From contig JAAOMT010000094.1 of NCBI GenBank assembly GCA_016748015.1, positions 128,520-192,519 on the forward strand: a DNA stretch of 64,000 nucleotides. Reading direction: 5' to 3'. Positions 13,458 to 27,990 of this stretch are shown here, piece by piece. The position numbers were made by a program, and so were the translations under genes. Origin of the DNA: Geosiphon pyriformis uo1. Taxonomy: Eukaryota; Fungi; Glomeromycota. The number at the start of each line of letters is the position of its first letter. The first letter of the stretch is position 1. The notes under the pieces are model-generated. The model had not been told where the DNA came from, ran no database searches, and saw only the letters and a list, made by a program, of their open reading frames with translations.

Positions 13458-14138
13458 ATTAAAATAACAAGCTAATAAATAACAAACAAAACAGAATTAT
13501 ATGATAATAAAATTAATTAAAAAAAACTTAACTTTAAAAAATAAATTAAATTAATATAAATTTAATATATAAGATTAGTTTTATAAATATTTTAGTTATT
13601 ATTTTTTTTAAAAAATACTAAAAATAGAAAAAAAGTCTGGATTTTTAACAAAAAATAATACATTAATATAATTTTATATTTTATATTAATGCTTTTAAGA
13701 TTTAATATCAGATATTAATTATATTTTTTAATAATATTTATTCAATAATTTTCAAATCTAAAAATTATATATAAATATTAACAATAATTTTTTATTTACA
13801 AATGTTTAAATACTTGAAAAAATTAGAAAAAATAAATAAATAATATAAAAAAAATTGAATATTTAGAAGAAATTTTTATTATTTTAATATCTTGTATTTT
13901 TTTAATATGTTTTTTTATAGCTAAAAAACTTATTACTTATATAATTATTTAAAATAATCAAATATTTGATTAGTAATTAAGTCAATAATTAGATTAATAA
14001 TTAGATTAATAGTTAATAAACAGATTATTAATTAAGTTATTAATTATTATTTAAAAATAAAATAGCTAATTATATAATATTAGTAATTAATATATGTAAT
14101 AATTAATAAAAACTATAATTTTTAATCATAATATTATT
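13458..14138 (+). repeat. ~680-bp dispersed repeat, copy 1 (probably a degraded LTR)
   Basis: Colinear with 27991-28580, e.g. ctaataaataac...acagaattatat, ataattttcaaat, aaatgtttaaata, aatatcttgtattttttt, gtcaataattagattaataatta. Confidence 0.75.
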
Positions 14139-14283
14139 TTTTTAAAAAAAATTAAGCTTTAACAAAATTAAAACTATTTATAAAATATTTTAATAAAAGA
14201 GTTTTATTTAATTTAAAACTAACTAACTTGGTAAAATTTTTTGTTAATAAGATATATAAAATTTAAAATAAAATAAGCTTTGT

Positions 14284-17181
14284 ATTTATTTATTTATTTA
14301 ATGAGTATAGCTTAACTATTATCTAATATACAAAAACAAAGCAAAATAAATCAAACTAAACATGGCTTATGTGTTGTTTATACATTACCAGCCATTTGGT
14401 CTAATTAAGACAATACTATATACTAATAAAAACTCTTGTATTATTATTCAAATTAAAAAAAAACAAACACTGTCTTTATAAGCCAAAACTGACAGCAAAA
14501 AATTCAGTGATACCAAGCAAGTGAACCACTTCTTTAGACAGAAAACTGAACAAACCATATAATAAAACAAAAACCTTCCCTATATTATAAATTAGGCTAT
14601 TTTTATCTATATTTACCCTAAACTTAGATCTTAACAGCCAAAAATTACTATAATAGTCATCAGCCAAATAGCAGACAAAATTAACTACCATTAACATTGC
14701 TTTTTTTTATTAGTAAAAACAGATACTGTTTTATCAACCCATTTTTTAAAAACAAAATCTTTGTACAAAACAGTATATATATTAATATCAAAAGCTTCTA
14801 AAAGAATATGTAACACCAAAGATAATATTAGAAGATGATTTTTTACCAAGGATTTCCACAATTTAATATAACTAAACAAAATATCAGAATGCACAAAAAC
14901 ATCCACAGAGCAAGTAAAAACATAATTAGATAATTCTATATTATTATACATCAAACACAAAACACTTAAATAATTTTTGTTATATAGTTTTTTGCAAACA
15001 GCCACCAGCAATCTTTTGTGAACAGTTTTTATTAGATATGTATGTAAAGTAGCTGATTTTTTACTGGTAAATCTAACCTAGCATATAAGAGTTTGAATGT
15101 CATACTAAGGCAATATATATCTAATTCATGTATCAAATAACTAAACTGTCTAAAATATCTGCACCAGGACTTACTTTCCATAAAATTCAATATACAGTTC
15201 AGTAAATATTTCAAATAAAATGGTAAGCATTACCCAAAACAACCAAACTATTCATAACAAAAAACTTTTCATAAATTTTAATAAAAAAAACCAGACTTGA
15301 CTGTGCTGTAACACAAGTCAAAGCATCTGTATAATAATTATTTATAATGTCTAAATAATTTTTTATCTTAACTTACTTAACTGAAATGTTTTTAGACTTA
15401 ATCAAATTAGCAATATAATGCCTTTCTATTTAATACTTATTATGAAAGTTAGGCCAACTCTGTTTACATTCCGACAAACATATAATTAAAGCTGCTTGGC
15501 TATCTATATGTAAGACAACTATGCAAGATAAGAGAACACACTTCAAAGTCAAAGCTATTATCTGCAATTTTGATAACATAAAGAACAGCAATCTATGCAT
15601 CTTAATACCAATATTTATTTCAATCTCAGAGAAGTAAGCTGTTGCTTCACAAGCAATGTCTTTTGTACTCAAATTTTTCAGTAAATCATCAGTGTAAATA
15701 TTTATTGCTCCAGCCCAAATCTTATATAAACGTTTATGAACATCTAAGAAATTGTCTAAGCAAAAAAAGTTAGAATAGTTTAAGTCAGTAACACCACCAC
15801 TAGATCTTAATTAGCAATCATTTATATATGTTAATGCCTTATTGAACCAGACTGGTACTGGATCTCTTAAACTCAATTTTTTTCAACACCAAAAAATTCT
15901 CCAATTCATAACTAAACCATGTTTGGTCAGCAAACAATCTCCAAAGGCTACACTAAAATATTTCAAAGAATGTATTACATTAAAATAGTAGGTCTCTTCA
16001 AAAATTTTTAACATCAAATAGCAACCAAGACCACAAAATACATAAGATAAAATATTAGCCAAATAGATTTTAGTGTCCAAGAAAATCCTTATAATTTTCA
16101 CTAAAAAATTATTTATAGAATTGACTTTTAGCTTAATCAAAAACACAAAAAATTCAGAGATACTTATATAAAACTTACAAATCTAAAGCATAATGTTCAA
16201 ATAAATGGCCAAAAATCTTAGATGAGTTAGAAAATTCAATTACCAAAGCAACTTTGGCTTTAGTCTGTATTTGCTCAAAAGACTTCAAACTATAAAGAAA
16301 AGAATAATATAAAACTTTATTAGAAAAATTCTTTGACAGATAAGTCTTAAACTTGAGCTTCTTTTTTATTATAGTATCTCATTTTTGACACACACTTTTG
16401 GCAACAAAACTGAATTGCATATGATAATTGATAATAGATTACAAGACTGCTGAAACCAAATAAGAGAATTGTTTATCAGATATTGTCTTTTTGAGAACCA
16501 TATTCGAAAAAAACCTAATATTAAATTGTGCTTTAGCAAGACTCAGCTTAAACAATCTTTTTGTTGATAAAAAAATACTCAGATATCTATGAAATTTACC
16601 ACTTTTTGCAATAAAAATGGGTTGTCCAATGATGTACAACAAAGCATCAAATATCTTCTGGTTGATAAAAATGATAACAGTCTTATTATTATTGATAGAA
16701 ATGTTATTGATCACAAAAAATTCATTAGCAATATTCAGAATGTATTAAGTTGAGACTTGACTATTTTTTACTTATATTGTGTTATTAACAAAAGCACCAG
16801 CTGCAAAAAATGAGAATTTACTATCACTAATCTCTATCTGGCCAGTTTTAACCACAAAATTAGAGTTGATTCTGTATCCACATAAATGCTTCTGCTTCTT
16901 AATTTTACATAGTAAAAGATCATAAAAAATTTTTTAAAGAAGTAAAAAAAAGATCTCACTTTAATCCAGTTTATCATGAACTTTGTAACCACTTAAAAGG
17001 CCAAAGTCAATCATTATTCTATTAATTCTGTTTTCATGAATGTTCCCAAAAAATCTTATAAATTTACTGTATATTTTAATACATTCTAGACTAAATCTCA
17101 AATAATACCACCCAACAGAATCATAGACTTTGTACATGTTCTGTAAAACCAACCAAATTTTCTGATCTTTTTTTAAAGCAT
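14284..17181 (-). mobile_element. LINE relic 1 (3' half: RT C-part, RNase H, C-terminal Zn-knuckle, 3' UTR, (TAAA)n tail); 5' part cut off by Gypsy-1
   Basis: Minus-strand fragments LQNMYKVYDSVGW, NNISINNNKT, HIDSQAAL and KDFVFKKW are homologous to ORF2 of the young LINE at 47523-54296. The 3' UTR at 14300-14420 also matches. Confidence 0.9.
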
Positions 17182-18121
17182 TGTTACCAGTAGAATTTTA
17201 GCTATTAATTAGCATAAAATTACTCTTTTAATTCTTATTATTAATTAGTATATATTATTATCATTTCAATTATCACTTATTAGTTAATCAAATTATTAAA
17301 TATTATCTTTTAATTAATAACTCAATTTGTACCATAAAATTAAGATGATCAAATTACACAATACTCCGAATTATTTAATATTCAAAATTCGCCAAAATTA
17401 GCAAAAATTGGCCGAAATAATTAATAGTTTGTAAAAATAATTTGTAGTTTGCCAAAATATACTTTTAGTTTGCCAAAATTATAACAAAGAGAAAAATGCA
17501 AGTTTAAAGACTAGTACAATAACAAGTTGTATAAAAAAAAAGCTTTTTTTTTCGAGAAAATATATCTTATTTTAGATATTTTAATTAGAACAAATCATCT
17601 TATATACATCTTTATAAAATCAAATAAAAATTAAATATTCAAAAACCAAATTTTTAATTATTATATTTGAAATTCACAAAAATCTAACTAATGTTTTGAA
17701 ATTGATTAGCTACCAATTTCAATAATCTGTTAGTGACTCCAGACTTGAATAAAAAACATTTCTTTTGACAAAATTCTATTTTTTTTATATTTTTCTTTAT
17801 TTTTTTATTATAATCATTAGAGTAGCCTACAGACAAGATTCTTGTAAAAGAGTTGACTTTTACAGTAAAGTAATTACACATTCTTAGCAAGCTTCCAGAC
17901 AAGCAATTCTTAAAAGAGAATTGACATTTACTACAATGTAATTACATAAAGTAATTGGTATAGAATTGGTTATTCTATTGATAAGCCCAGCAGTTTAAAT
18001 TATAGAAGATAATTTGAGGATAAATTCAGTTATTAGAGGTTTAACTACTTTCAAAAAATGTAAATTTATAACCAACAGGCATTAACAATATTCAAAAAAA
18101 AACCAAAAATCTTTAGTAATA
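17182..18121 (+). repeat. 5' LTR of Gypsy-1
   Basis: Starts TGTT exactly where LINE relic 1 homology stops. Ends GTAATA (GTAACA with C>T) immediately before TTTGGTG, the same arrangement as in Gypsy-2. Confidence 0.7.
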
Positions 18122-21100
18122 TTTGGTGTTCTTTCACAAAAACAATACAGCAATAACAACTTCAAAGTGACAATCACACCAAACACAATAACTCTAGAGT
18201 ATTATCAGTTGATTTACATTTACTGCAAGCAAAGATTCAATATTTAAGATGGAATTGAAATTTTTAAGAAATCTCTATACTAATATATTGAAAATCACAT
18301 CAACAATTATCTTTTTGAAAACTACAATATTTCAGAAATTAGAAGCAATCTTTACAATAATTTATTGCATTATTTACACCTGGAAACTGAAAACCTTAAC
18401 AGTGAAATACTTAACACCTACTTTCAAGAACTCAACTTTAATATTATTCAATATTGTGAAAAAAAATACTCAGTACAGTCCAAATACTCTCTTGACTTTG
18501 AATTAGAACCAAAAAATAGCAACAATGGAAAGCAAAAAAAGACATTTTAAGTTAGTCATACAACTTACAACATACTAAAAATAACTGCCAAATACTTACA
18601 AACATCTAAACAAAGAATCAGTGTCAAATTACCACTTTCTATTACATTATTTTCAATTTTATTTGCTTAACTACAAACATTAAACTCACTACTTATTCAT
18701 TTCTCAAGACCAGAAAATTTCCAGTTATCTAAAAGTTCTACTCAACAGCAGAAACCAATATTAACCAGCACTAATCTTCTTGATTACTTAGAAGAAAACC
18801 AAAGTAATCATTCAGAAAACTTGAAAAGTAAAGAAACTGAATCAAAACAAGAAGAAATTACCAAAAATAAAGAAAAAATAACAACTGCTTATATTGCAAA
18901 GATTCTAAAATTTACTAATAAAGATAATAATACCAGTCTTTAAGAATAGCTTGACAAAGTTCAGAAAGCAAAAGATGCAAATAAATAGATGGCAGCAAAA
19001 ATATTAAAAACAATCTCATAATTTTTTCAAAGAACAGCAAAAAAATGATTTGAAAACTTAAATGACCTCTTTGAAAACTGGCAAGCATTTAAAAATGCTT
19101 TTTTACAACAATTCACTAACAACAATACTTTTATTATTCTCCAAAATTGCTTTTGCAATATCAAACAAGTAACATCTGAAACTGTTATAACTTATTTCAA
19201 GAGGTTCAACAAACTTTTTTAACAAATTCAACAATTGAAAACCAATGAATACTATTCTAATATTCAGATTTTGGATCAGTTTATAGCAGAATTAAAAAAC
19301 AAATTAATCAAGAAAGTTTATTCTTATGCTCTAATAAACTTAGCTATAGTCATTTGACATACAAAAAACTATGAAATAGCAATGGAAGAAGCAAACCATA
19401 CCAAACTTGTGAATTTTGCTATTGAAGAAACCAGCTCAGCAGCTAAAAAAAAATTAACCAACTTACAAAGAAGATTGAAAACTATTTCACCAACTAACAA
19501 CAACAGCAACAACCACAAAAATATCAGTTATTCTAACAATGCAATCAAAACAACTATTCTTTATCATTTAATAATCAACCACAAAGCTGTCATTATTGCA
19601 AAATTCTAAGACATTGGAAATAAGATTGCAAAAAATTACAATAAGACTAACAAAATAAAAGTAATCAACATTACTCTTTACTATAACAATTTTATTACCA
19701 ACTTCTACCACCAATTTATTACTTACCAAAATCACAAAATTAATACAGTTACTATTAATCTGCTTTACAATCAATGCAACAACAAAATCAATAGCCTCTA
19801 CCAGTTTAGTAATATCAATTATTATCTACTCTGCTTGAAAATTGGTTCACCAAAACCAATTCATACTTTAAAATCAATTTTAGAATAATAACAACAGAAT
19901 CAACTTAAACAACCAATTAGTTTTCCGAAATTCTGGTCAGCAAAGATCCAATTACTATTATACTTAACTCAGTTATCTCATAATATCTGAAGAATTGGAT
20001 TTTCAACAGACTAAACTTTTTGAAAGTAAAGCTACAGCACCAAAACAAAACTTTTCCAACAATACCATTTTACCAGCTCAAATTGCCCAAAATGCCAACC
20101 TTTCAAATACATTTCCATTCGAATTTAAAGCAAATAAATTATCATTCTTGCTTAGTAATACAGCAGTTAATAAACAAAAAGCAATTATTGCTATGTACAA
20201 AGAAGCTGAAGTTAAAGAAAAACCAATTTGATTAATCTTAGATAGTAGATCTGCTGGAAGCATTATTATCTATTAATTAATACAACAACTCAAATGAAAT
20301 GTTAACTACTTAGTCCAAACAGTTATTGTCACAGCAAATAGTATAAAAAAAACACCAGTAGGAGAAATTGATAATTTTTCTTTCACAATTAATGGAATTA
20401 TCATTCCAGGTAAAGTCTTTGTTATAGATGCACCCTAATACCAAGCTCTGGTCAGAAATAATTAGTTTTTTAAGACTAATACAAACCTAGACTGGAAAAT
20501 TCAGGAACTTAAAATCTTATATCAAAGAAAATACACTATAGTACTTATAACTTATAGAACTTCCAACAAATAATCAAAAAAAGCTTCTGTGTTTAAATTT
20601 AAAAAGAAGAAGTAAATGGCAATTACTGAAATTTTTATGGCTCTTGGATTAACATCCAATTGGGCTGAGAAAACAGAACAAGAAATTTTCAAAAAAACAA
20701 GAAGATAGAAGAAAGTTTGTTATTTAATACCAGAACCATAAAAAAAACTATTAGACATCTTACTAAAATACAAAAATTGCAAAAAAAAGCTTTCATCTAT
20801 AAGAGTTTGTATATTTTTAGAAGAAAAATATAAGACCTGCACCTGCTATTTTTGTAAAACTTACCATAAAAAATGATTTGAATTTCCAAAAAGAAGTGGA
20901 AAATGGGACAATATTTCTTGTCTTACATATAAAAAAATACTACCAAAATAATACAACTAGATTAATGTTGCAATGAAAAAAAGAGTCTATAATCAAATCT
21001 GTCAATATGCTTTATCAATTACAGAAAAAGTAAAAAAACACTATTCAATACTGTTTACAACAGTGTTTTTAATAAACTATATTATTATTCATATAATGCC

Positions 21101-21489
21101 AAAATAATCTATAAACTGGCCATAATTCTAATCAATAGAAGAACCAAAGAAAATGTTTATTAAATGAAAAAAGCTGAATATATTGAGTACACTATGGAAT
21201 TAGCTGGGTTAAATTATAAAGATGAAGTAAAAACCAATTACCAAATCTTAAGCCATATTTATCTGACCCAAAAAGCTTAAATTTAATAATTAGAGCAAAT
21301 AAACATTCAATTATGTAAAGAATGCATTATGCCTTGTAATAACAAATAATGTCCAGAATGCTATGCTCTTAACATTCCTTTGCCCAGCAAAAACAATGAA
21401 GACAAAATTGAATTTGGAGAAACTGACTATAAAAAAGACACCAACAATCTTAATTTATCTTTTTGAAAACCAATTAGCCATACAACTCA

Positions 21490-21905
21490 AGTACTTTAAT
21501 AACAATGGCCAAGGAATTAAACCAGAGAAAGCTCACGAAATTAATGCAGAATATAATCTACAATATTTAGAGAAAACCACTTTGGTTCTTTAACAAAAAT
21601 TCTTAACAAAAATCAATCTTAAAATTGCTTTTGAAATTTTACCAAGAGCAATAATTTAAATTGCTTCTCAATCATCCTTAGCTAGCAAAGAAATCAACAT
21701 TAAAAAAAAATTATAAATGCAAAATACACTAAAAACATCATTATTATGCTACAAAATAAAACTGAAAAATCATTTAAAATTAAACATGCAAAAAAGATTG
21801 CTCAAGCTATTTATCTATTCTTAATTAATATTTCAGGTTTGCAGTTAGTCAACAACAGAGAACAATTAGAGAAAAGTGAAAAAAAACCCAAGGTTATGGT
21901 TTAAT
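21490..21905 (+). pseudogene. dUTPase domain in Gypsy-1 pol, between protease and RT
   Basis: PEKAHEINAEYNL (motif 1, DAGYDL with G>A changes), IASQSSLASK (motif 2), IINAKY (motif 3, IIDAGY), KIAQAI (motif 4), QGYG (motif 5). Confidence 0.8.
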
Positions 21906-24900
21906 TGAACAATTTACAGTTCCAGTAAATATAGTCTTTAATGCACAAAATGAATCTTACCAGATTCTTTATCTTTCTCAACCAATTACCATGTTACTTT
22001 TTGGAAAACATCACGAAATTTATACTTACTCAAAACTTACTACCACCCAAAAATTTTTTGAATTCAATAAACAAATCTGTTTAAAGCATGAAATCTTAAT
22101 TTCAAATGTTTATATACTAAAAGGAATGAAAAAATTTCGAGTTACTTTCTACAATTCCAACAATTATCTCATCATTTTATTGATAAGATTAGAAATTAAA
22201 ATTATACATAGCAACATCTTTCAAGATGAAACTTTTTAAATTGTTTCTAATTTTATCAAAATTGTGAGACATATCTTGCTACCAAATCCAAACATTATTC
22301 TTACTACTGAAAACTACTATCTTTTAGATAAAAAACTCTCTCAAATTAACATGAGTTTTTTGGAACTCCAACAACAAAGACAATTAAAGCAACTTATTGC
22401 TGAGTATGCTAATATATTTGCTAAAAACAACAATAATCTAGGAAAAACAGATATTGTTTAACACCAAATCCATACAGAAGATGCTTTATCAAAACACTAA
22501 TAAACATATTAAGTTCTACCTACCAGTTACCAATTCATAAGGAAATAGATTCAAAAAATGTTCAAAAATAAATTGATTCAATTATCAAGAAGTTCTTGGA
22601 TTTTACCAGTAGTTTTAGTTAAAAAAAAAACAGAAAAATCAGATTTTGCATTAACTATTGCTAATTGAACAGTATAATAATTGAAAATACCTACTCTTTT
22701 CTAAGAATTAATAACATACTAGATGCTCTAATAAAAGCCAAGTTTTTTTCAACTTTAGACTTGAAAAGTAGATACTGGTAAGTCGAAATAAACCCAAAAA
22801 ATTGCTTTAAAACAGTATTTACCACTCAAGAAAAAAACTATAAATTTAATATTATGTCATTTAAACTTTGCAATACACCAGTAACATTCTAACAACTCAT
22901 AGATGTTGTATATAAAAGAATCTTATGGCAATCAGTAGTTGTCTATTTTGATAATACTGATATGTATTTATCAAGCTTTGAAGCTTACTTTATTCATCTG
23001 CGAGAAGTTTTTTAATGATTATGGAAAGCAGAATTAAAATTAAACATTGAGAAACGTTATTTTGGAAAAACAAGTTTAATTTTTCTTGGACATATTGTTA
23101 ACAAAGATAAAATTAAACCAAATCTGTGAACAATTAATGTTGTTAAAAACTTTTAAACTTCCAAAAATACTACAGAGCTATGAAAATTTGTAAAATTAGT
23201 TTTCTACTATTGGAAATTCATAAAAAGATTCTCAGAAATTATCATATTACTCAATTATCTCACCAACAAAAACATTTTATATCAATGAACTAAAGAACAA
23301 CAGAAAGCTTTTAAAACTCTCAAAACAAAATTAACAACAGTCCTAGTTCTTGCTTATCCAAACTTCAACAAATAGTTCCAATTAATTACTGATGCTTTAT
23401 ATATAGCATTTGGTGTTATTCTATTACAATTAAATAAAAATAGCCAGGAGCAAGTTATTGTCTATGCCAGTAGAAAATTCAAACCAACAGAACTCAAATA
23501 TGGCTTAACAGAATTAGAAGCTGTTACAGTTATTTGAATTCTTAAATATTTTCAACAATATTTAAAGAATAAAAAAAATTTGACATAATAACTGACAATA
23601 TTGGTCTTAAAAAGCTCAATAAAAAGAAATCAAAACAAAGTGCCAAACAATCTTGATGGAATAATTTCTTTGTAGACTACAAATATATTATATACTACAA
23701 ACTAGGCAAATTATATACAAATGTAAATAGCCTTTTCAGAATAAGACAAGATTAGAATCTACACCAACAAACTACTAATTTAACAACAATCAACAACAAA
23801 AACAATAGATCTTGAAAACTACAACAACATTAAAAACTATTTGGGAACTCTTACCATATTAGAAAATTGGTCTTCAAATGAAAAATATCGATTACAACAT
23901 CAATCAAAACAATATTTCATACACTACAACAAAATTTATTATCAAAACCATAAAAACTCAACCAACCTATTTAGATTAGTACAAGAAAACAAAAAAGAAA
24001 CAATCCTTTACAACATACATACAGACTCTTTATTAACATACTTGAAAAGAAATAAAACAATTCAAAGAATTCTTGAACATTACTTTTGGCTCCATATGCA
24101 AAAAAACATTTGATAATATGTAGAATTTTGTAATAATTATTAAAGAAAAAGAGAAATTCACCTCACAGAATCTTTAAATCCAATCAAAGTTGGACAATTT
24201 TTTAACAGAGTTGGAATTAATTTAGTCGAATCACTACTTATCACAATCCAAGAAAATTGTTATATTGCAGTTGCAATAGATTATCTTACCAAATAGCATG
24301 AAGCTAGAGCCATCCAAAAAACAAATGCAAAATCAGTAGCAAATTTTATCTATGAAGACATTATTTGTAGACATGAATGCACAATTGAACTTTTATTTAA
24401 TCAAGGAACACATTTTGTAAACAATTTAATACAAAAAATTTGTTAATAATTTAATGTTAAAAAACTTTTATTATTACTCTATTATTCACAAACAAATAGA
24501 TTAGTAGAACATTTTAACAGAACATTGTGTGAATTATTAGCCAAAGTCTTAACCAATTTTAAGCAGCAATAGAATATCTTTATTCTATCAGTATTACTAA
24601 TATACAGAACACTAAAACAAGATATTATAAAACACATATCATTTGATCTTATTTATGGAAGAACAGCAATATTATCAATTAATTTTACAGTAAAAACATA
24701 CTCAATACAACCAATCAATGAAGAAAACTTTCAAGAAACACTGAAAAGAAGAATCTACATTCTCCTTAGTACATTAGAAAAAAAAAAACAAATAGCAGCT
24801 ACTTATATTAAATACTTTTAAGCTCAACAAAAAGAAAGACATGACAACAAACTGCCACTAGTTATCAACAAATTTAAAATTGGAACTAAAGTTTTCTTAT

Positions 24901-25250
24901 ACAAAACTAAGACTAAAAAACAATAGAGTAGAAAATTTGAACATAAATAGAATGAACTATTTTATATTCATGAAATTTTAGACAATAGATCATATAAATT
25001 AAGACTTGATGACAAAGTGCTAACAAAAGTTGTACATGAAGATCAATTAAAACACTATTATTCCAGAAACAATTCTGAATCATTAATTTCAGAAATTAGT
25101 ACACACTTTTTTTTAATTAATTTTGAAGATATTTCTTGAAATTTAGAACCAATAGTTACAATAGAACAACAACCAAACTTGAATATTTAATTTAACAATT
25201 TTACAATAACCTCTTTAATAATATACAAAACATAAAACAAAAATAGTAAA

Positions 25251-27990
25251 TAATTATATGACTTTTGTATTTTTTTATTTTTTTTGTAAATATTAAATTA
25301 ATTGGTTTCTAATTTTTGTAAGAAATTAAACAAAACTTGTATTTATTACAAAAAAAATACAATAGTTTATTATATTAATACTAAGCATAAAAACTATGTT
25401 ATTAATATTTGTATTTAGTTTTTTTGTTAGATTTTTGGTTAAAAAATCTTTGAAAATATTATAATAGAGTTAGCAAATTAGCTTGTTATTAATTATAATT
25501 TTTTTTGTTAATTTTAATATTGTTTAAAAATTTGTTATTTCTAATAAAAATAATATAAGTAAATTTAACAGTTTTTTTATTTTTTTATTTATTTAATAAA
25601 TTTTTTTTGAATTTGGTTTTGGTTCTAAAAAAATTGTTTAATAATAGTATTTAATTATAATAGATTTCTTATCATATTTTATAATTAATTTATATAATTT
25701 ATAATCAAGCAAAATTTGATTTTTTTGAGTTATTTATTGCTAATAATAATTGTGTATTTTTTAGTTTTTAGTTTTTAAAACTTCTATATTAGTTTTAATA
25801 CAGATGCTATTAATTTGAACAAAAACAGTTTTAGTTATATTAAAAATTTTTATTATTATTATAAATATTAATTATAAATTAGATTAAAAGTTTATCAATT
25901 TTTCTTTTAATAATTTTCAAAAAATGTTTAGTAATAATACTAATAAATAATTTATTGTCTAAGATGAAGTCAATAAAGTAACTAATTACTTGTGTTTTAC
26001 AAATTAAAAAAATAATATTGCTGTTATTAGCAAGTCTAATTTAATAAAAATACTTATTGGTTTTTAAAATTATTTTTTTTGGAATTAAAAATTTGTAAAA
26101 AATTTTTTTAAATTGTAAATAAACTATTAATTAGTCAAAAATAATATGTGCTAAAAATTTTATAAAATCTTTAACAATAAAATAAAATTTAAATTTTTGT
26201 ATAATTTTTAAGATTTTTAATTTAAAAAGATTTTTAAAAATTTTGTTTTTAGGATTTATTGTTGTTAACAACAGATATTAAAGCTTTATTAAAATTTAAA
26301 ACAAATTTAATTTTGGTTTTTTTTTTGTGAAAATAAAAGAATTTATAATTAGTTTATTTATATTATAATTATTATTAATTAGATTGAAAGCATAAAAAAA
26401 GTTTTTTTCTGGTTGGTTTGTATTCTTATTTTTTAAAAATATGCTTACTAGTTTAAAAATTAATAAATAATAACTTTAACTTAAAAATTTTTTTCAAAAA
26501 AATTTATGTTGATATAATTAAATATTTAATTAAAAGTATTATTATTATTGTTTTTAAGAACTAAAGAAAACAAAGAAAAATTGTTGTAATTTTTTAAGAA
26601 ATATTTAGTTAATTTACAGTAGTAATATACAAATAAGCCATAATTTCGTGGTTTTTGATTGTAAAATAACTGTTAAAACTAATTAAATTATAATTTAAAT
26701 TTGAGTTTTTAAAGTTTTTAAGTTTTTTTATTGCTTATGCCAAAAATTCTAATAGTTAAACAAAATTAACAGTAAGTTTATCTATTAGTTATTTATTTGG
26801 GTTTTATATTTAAACAATAAAAAAAATAACAGCTATTTAAGAAATTAAAACCAAAATAAAAAATAAAAATAAAAATTTTAAATATATTTTTTAATTGTTT
26901 TAATTTTTTGGATAAGTTTAATAATTATATTTATTATAAAATTGATTTTTAAAACCAAAAAAACCAAAAAACATATGATAAATCAGTTTTTAATTCTTTT
27001 TAAAAAAGTAAATTTTTTGTTTTTCAATTTAATTTTTTTTAGTATTTATTTATTTAAGTAGTTTTTTTATAGTTTTAGCATACTTAGTTACAACTTTTTT
27101 AAAATTTTGGGGTTTTTTTTTAATTTTATGTATTACTTAAAAATTAAAAAAAAATTTAAAACTTCTGTTCAAATTAGGTAGTAAAAAAAATATTATTTTT
27201 TTTTATGTTTTTTAAGAAACATTAATAGTATTTTTTTGTAAAAACCAAATAGCAAAAAATTTTTAAAGATAATTATTAATAATATGAAATTTATATATAT
27301 TATTATATTAATTAATTATTACTACTTTTTTAAAATTATATAACTATTTAATTAAATTTAATATATCTTTTTGAATAAAAGTAGTAAAGTATTTTTTTTA
27401 TTTTAAACCAATTTATATGTCTTAAAAATAGCCAGAATATTTGCTTAAATAAAGTTAACTATTGATTTAAATATAGTTGTTTTTGTAAATAAATCTGATT
27501 TATTTGGAAAAAAATTAAAAACAAAAATAGTTTGGTAGCTTTCTTTTTTTATTTTAAGAGAATTTTTAACTAATTAATAAGCAGCTATTTAAATATAGAT
27601 TTAATAATTTAGATATTCAAAATTAAATAATAATTGTTTTTTTTTAAAAATTATAAAGTATAAAAGTTAATTAATATTATTATTATTTTTCAAAAAATTT
27701 TTAAAATAAGCTTGATTAAAAAAATATATATAAACAATATAAGTTTTAACTAAATATTTGATTAAAAACCAGTTTTAAAAGTTTTAAAATTGTCTATTAA
27801 ATTGATTTTTAATAAGAAAGCAAATTAAACAAAAAAATAAAAGAATGAATTTAATAAAATCTAAATTATTTTTGTTGTATGCTTTAAAATATTTTTTTAA
27901 TTATTGTAATAAATATAGATAATTATTTATATAATAAAAAACAAAATGAATTTTAATAATTTTACAAAAAACACTATTTTTATGTTATAA
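25251..27990. mobile_element. AT-drifted TE relic, possibly a minus-strand LTR-element internal region
   Basis: Very low GC, T-rich plus strand, no ORFs; only faint pol-like traces near 26150. Confidence 0.4.

Larger units (their letters stand above)
17182..25250 (+). mobile_element. Gypsy-1: Ty3/Gypsy LTR retrotransposon with dUTPase, degenerate, 3' LTR missing
   Basis: 5' LTR 17182-18121 (TGTTAC...GTAATA), PBS-like TGGTGTTC, gag ~18880-19450, protease LILDSRSAGSII ~20230, Cys-rich region 20760-21370, dUTPase ~21490-21905, RT ~22400-23150, RNase H ~23340-23750 (TDA, YASR, ELEA), integrase ~24000-24700, GPF/Y-type module ~24900-25060. Confidence 0.88.
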
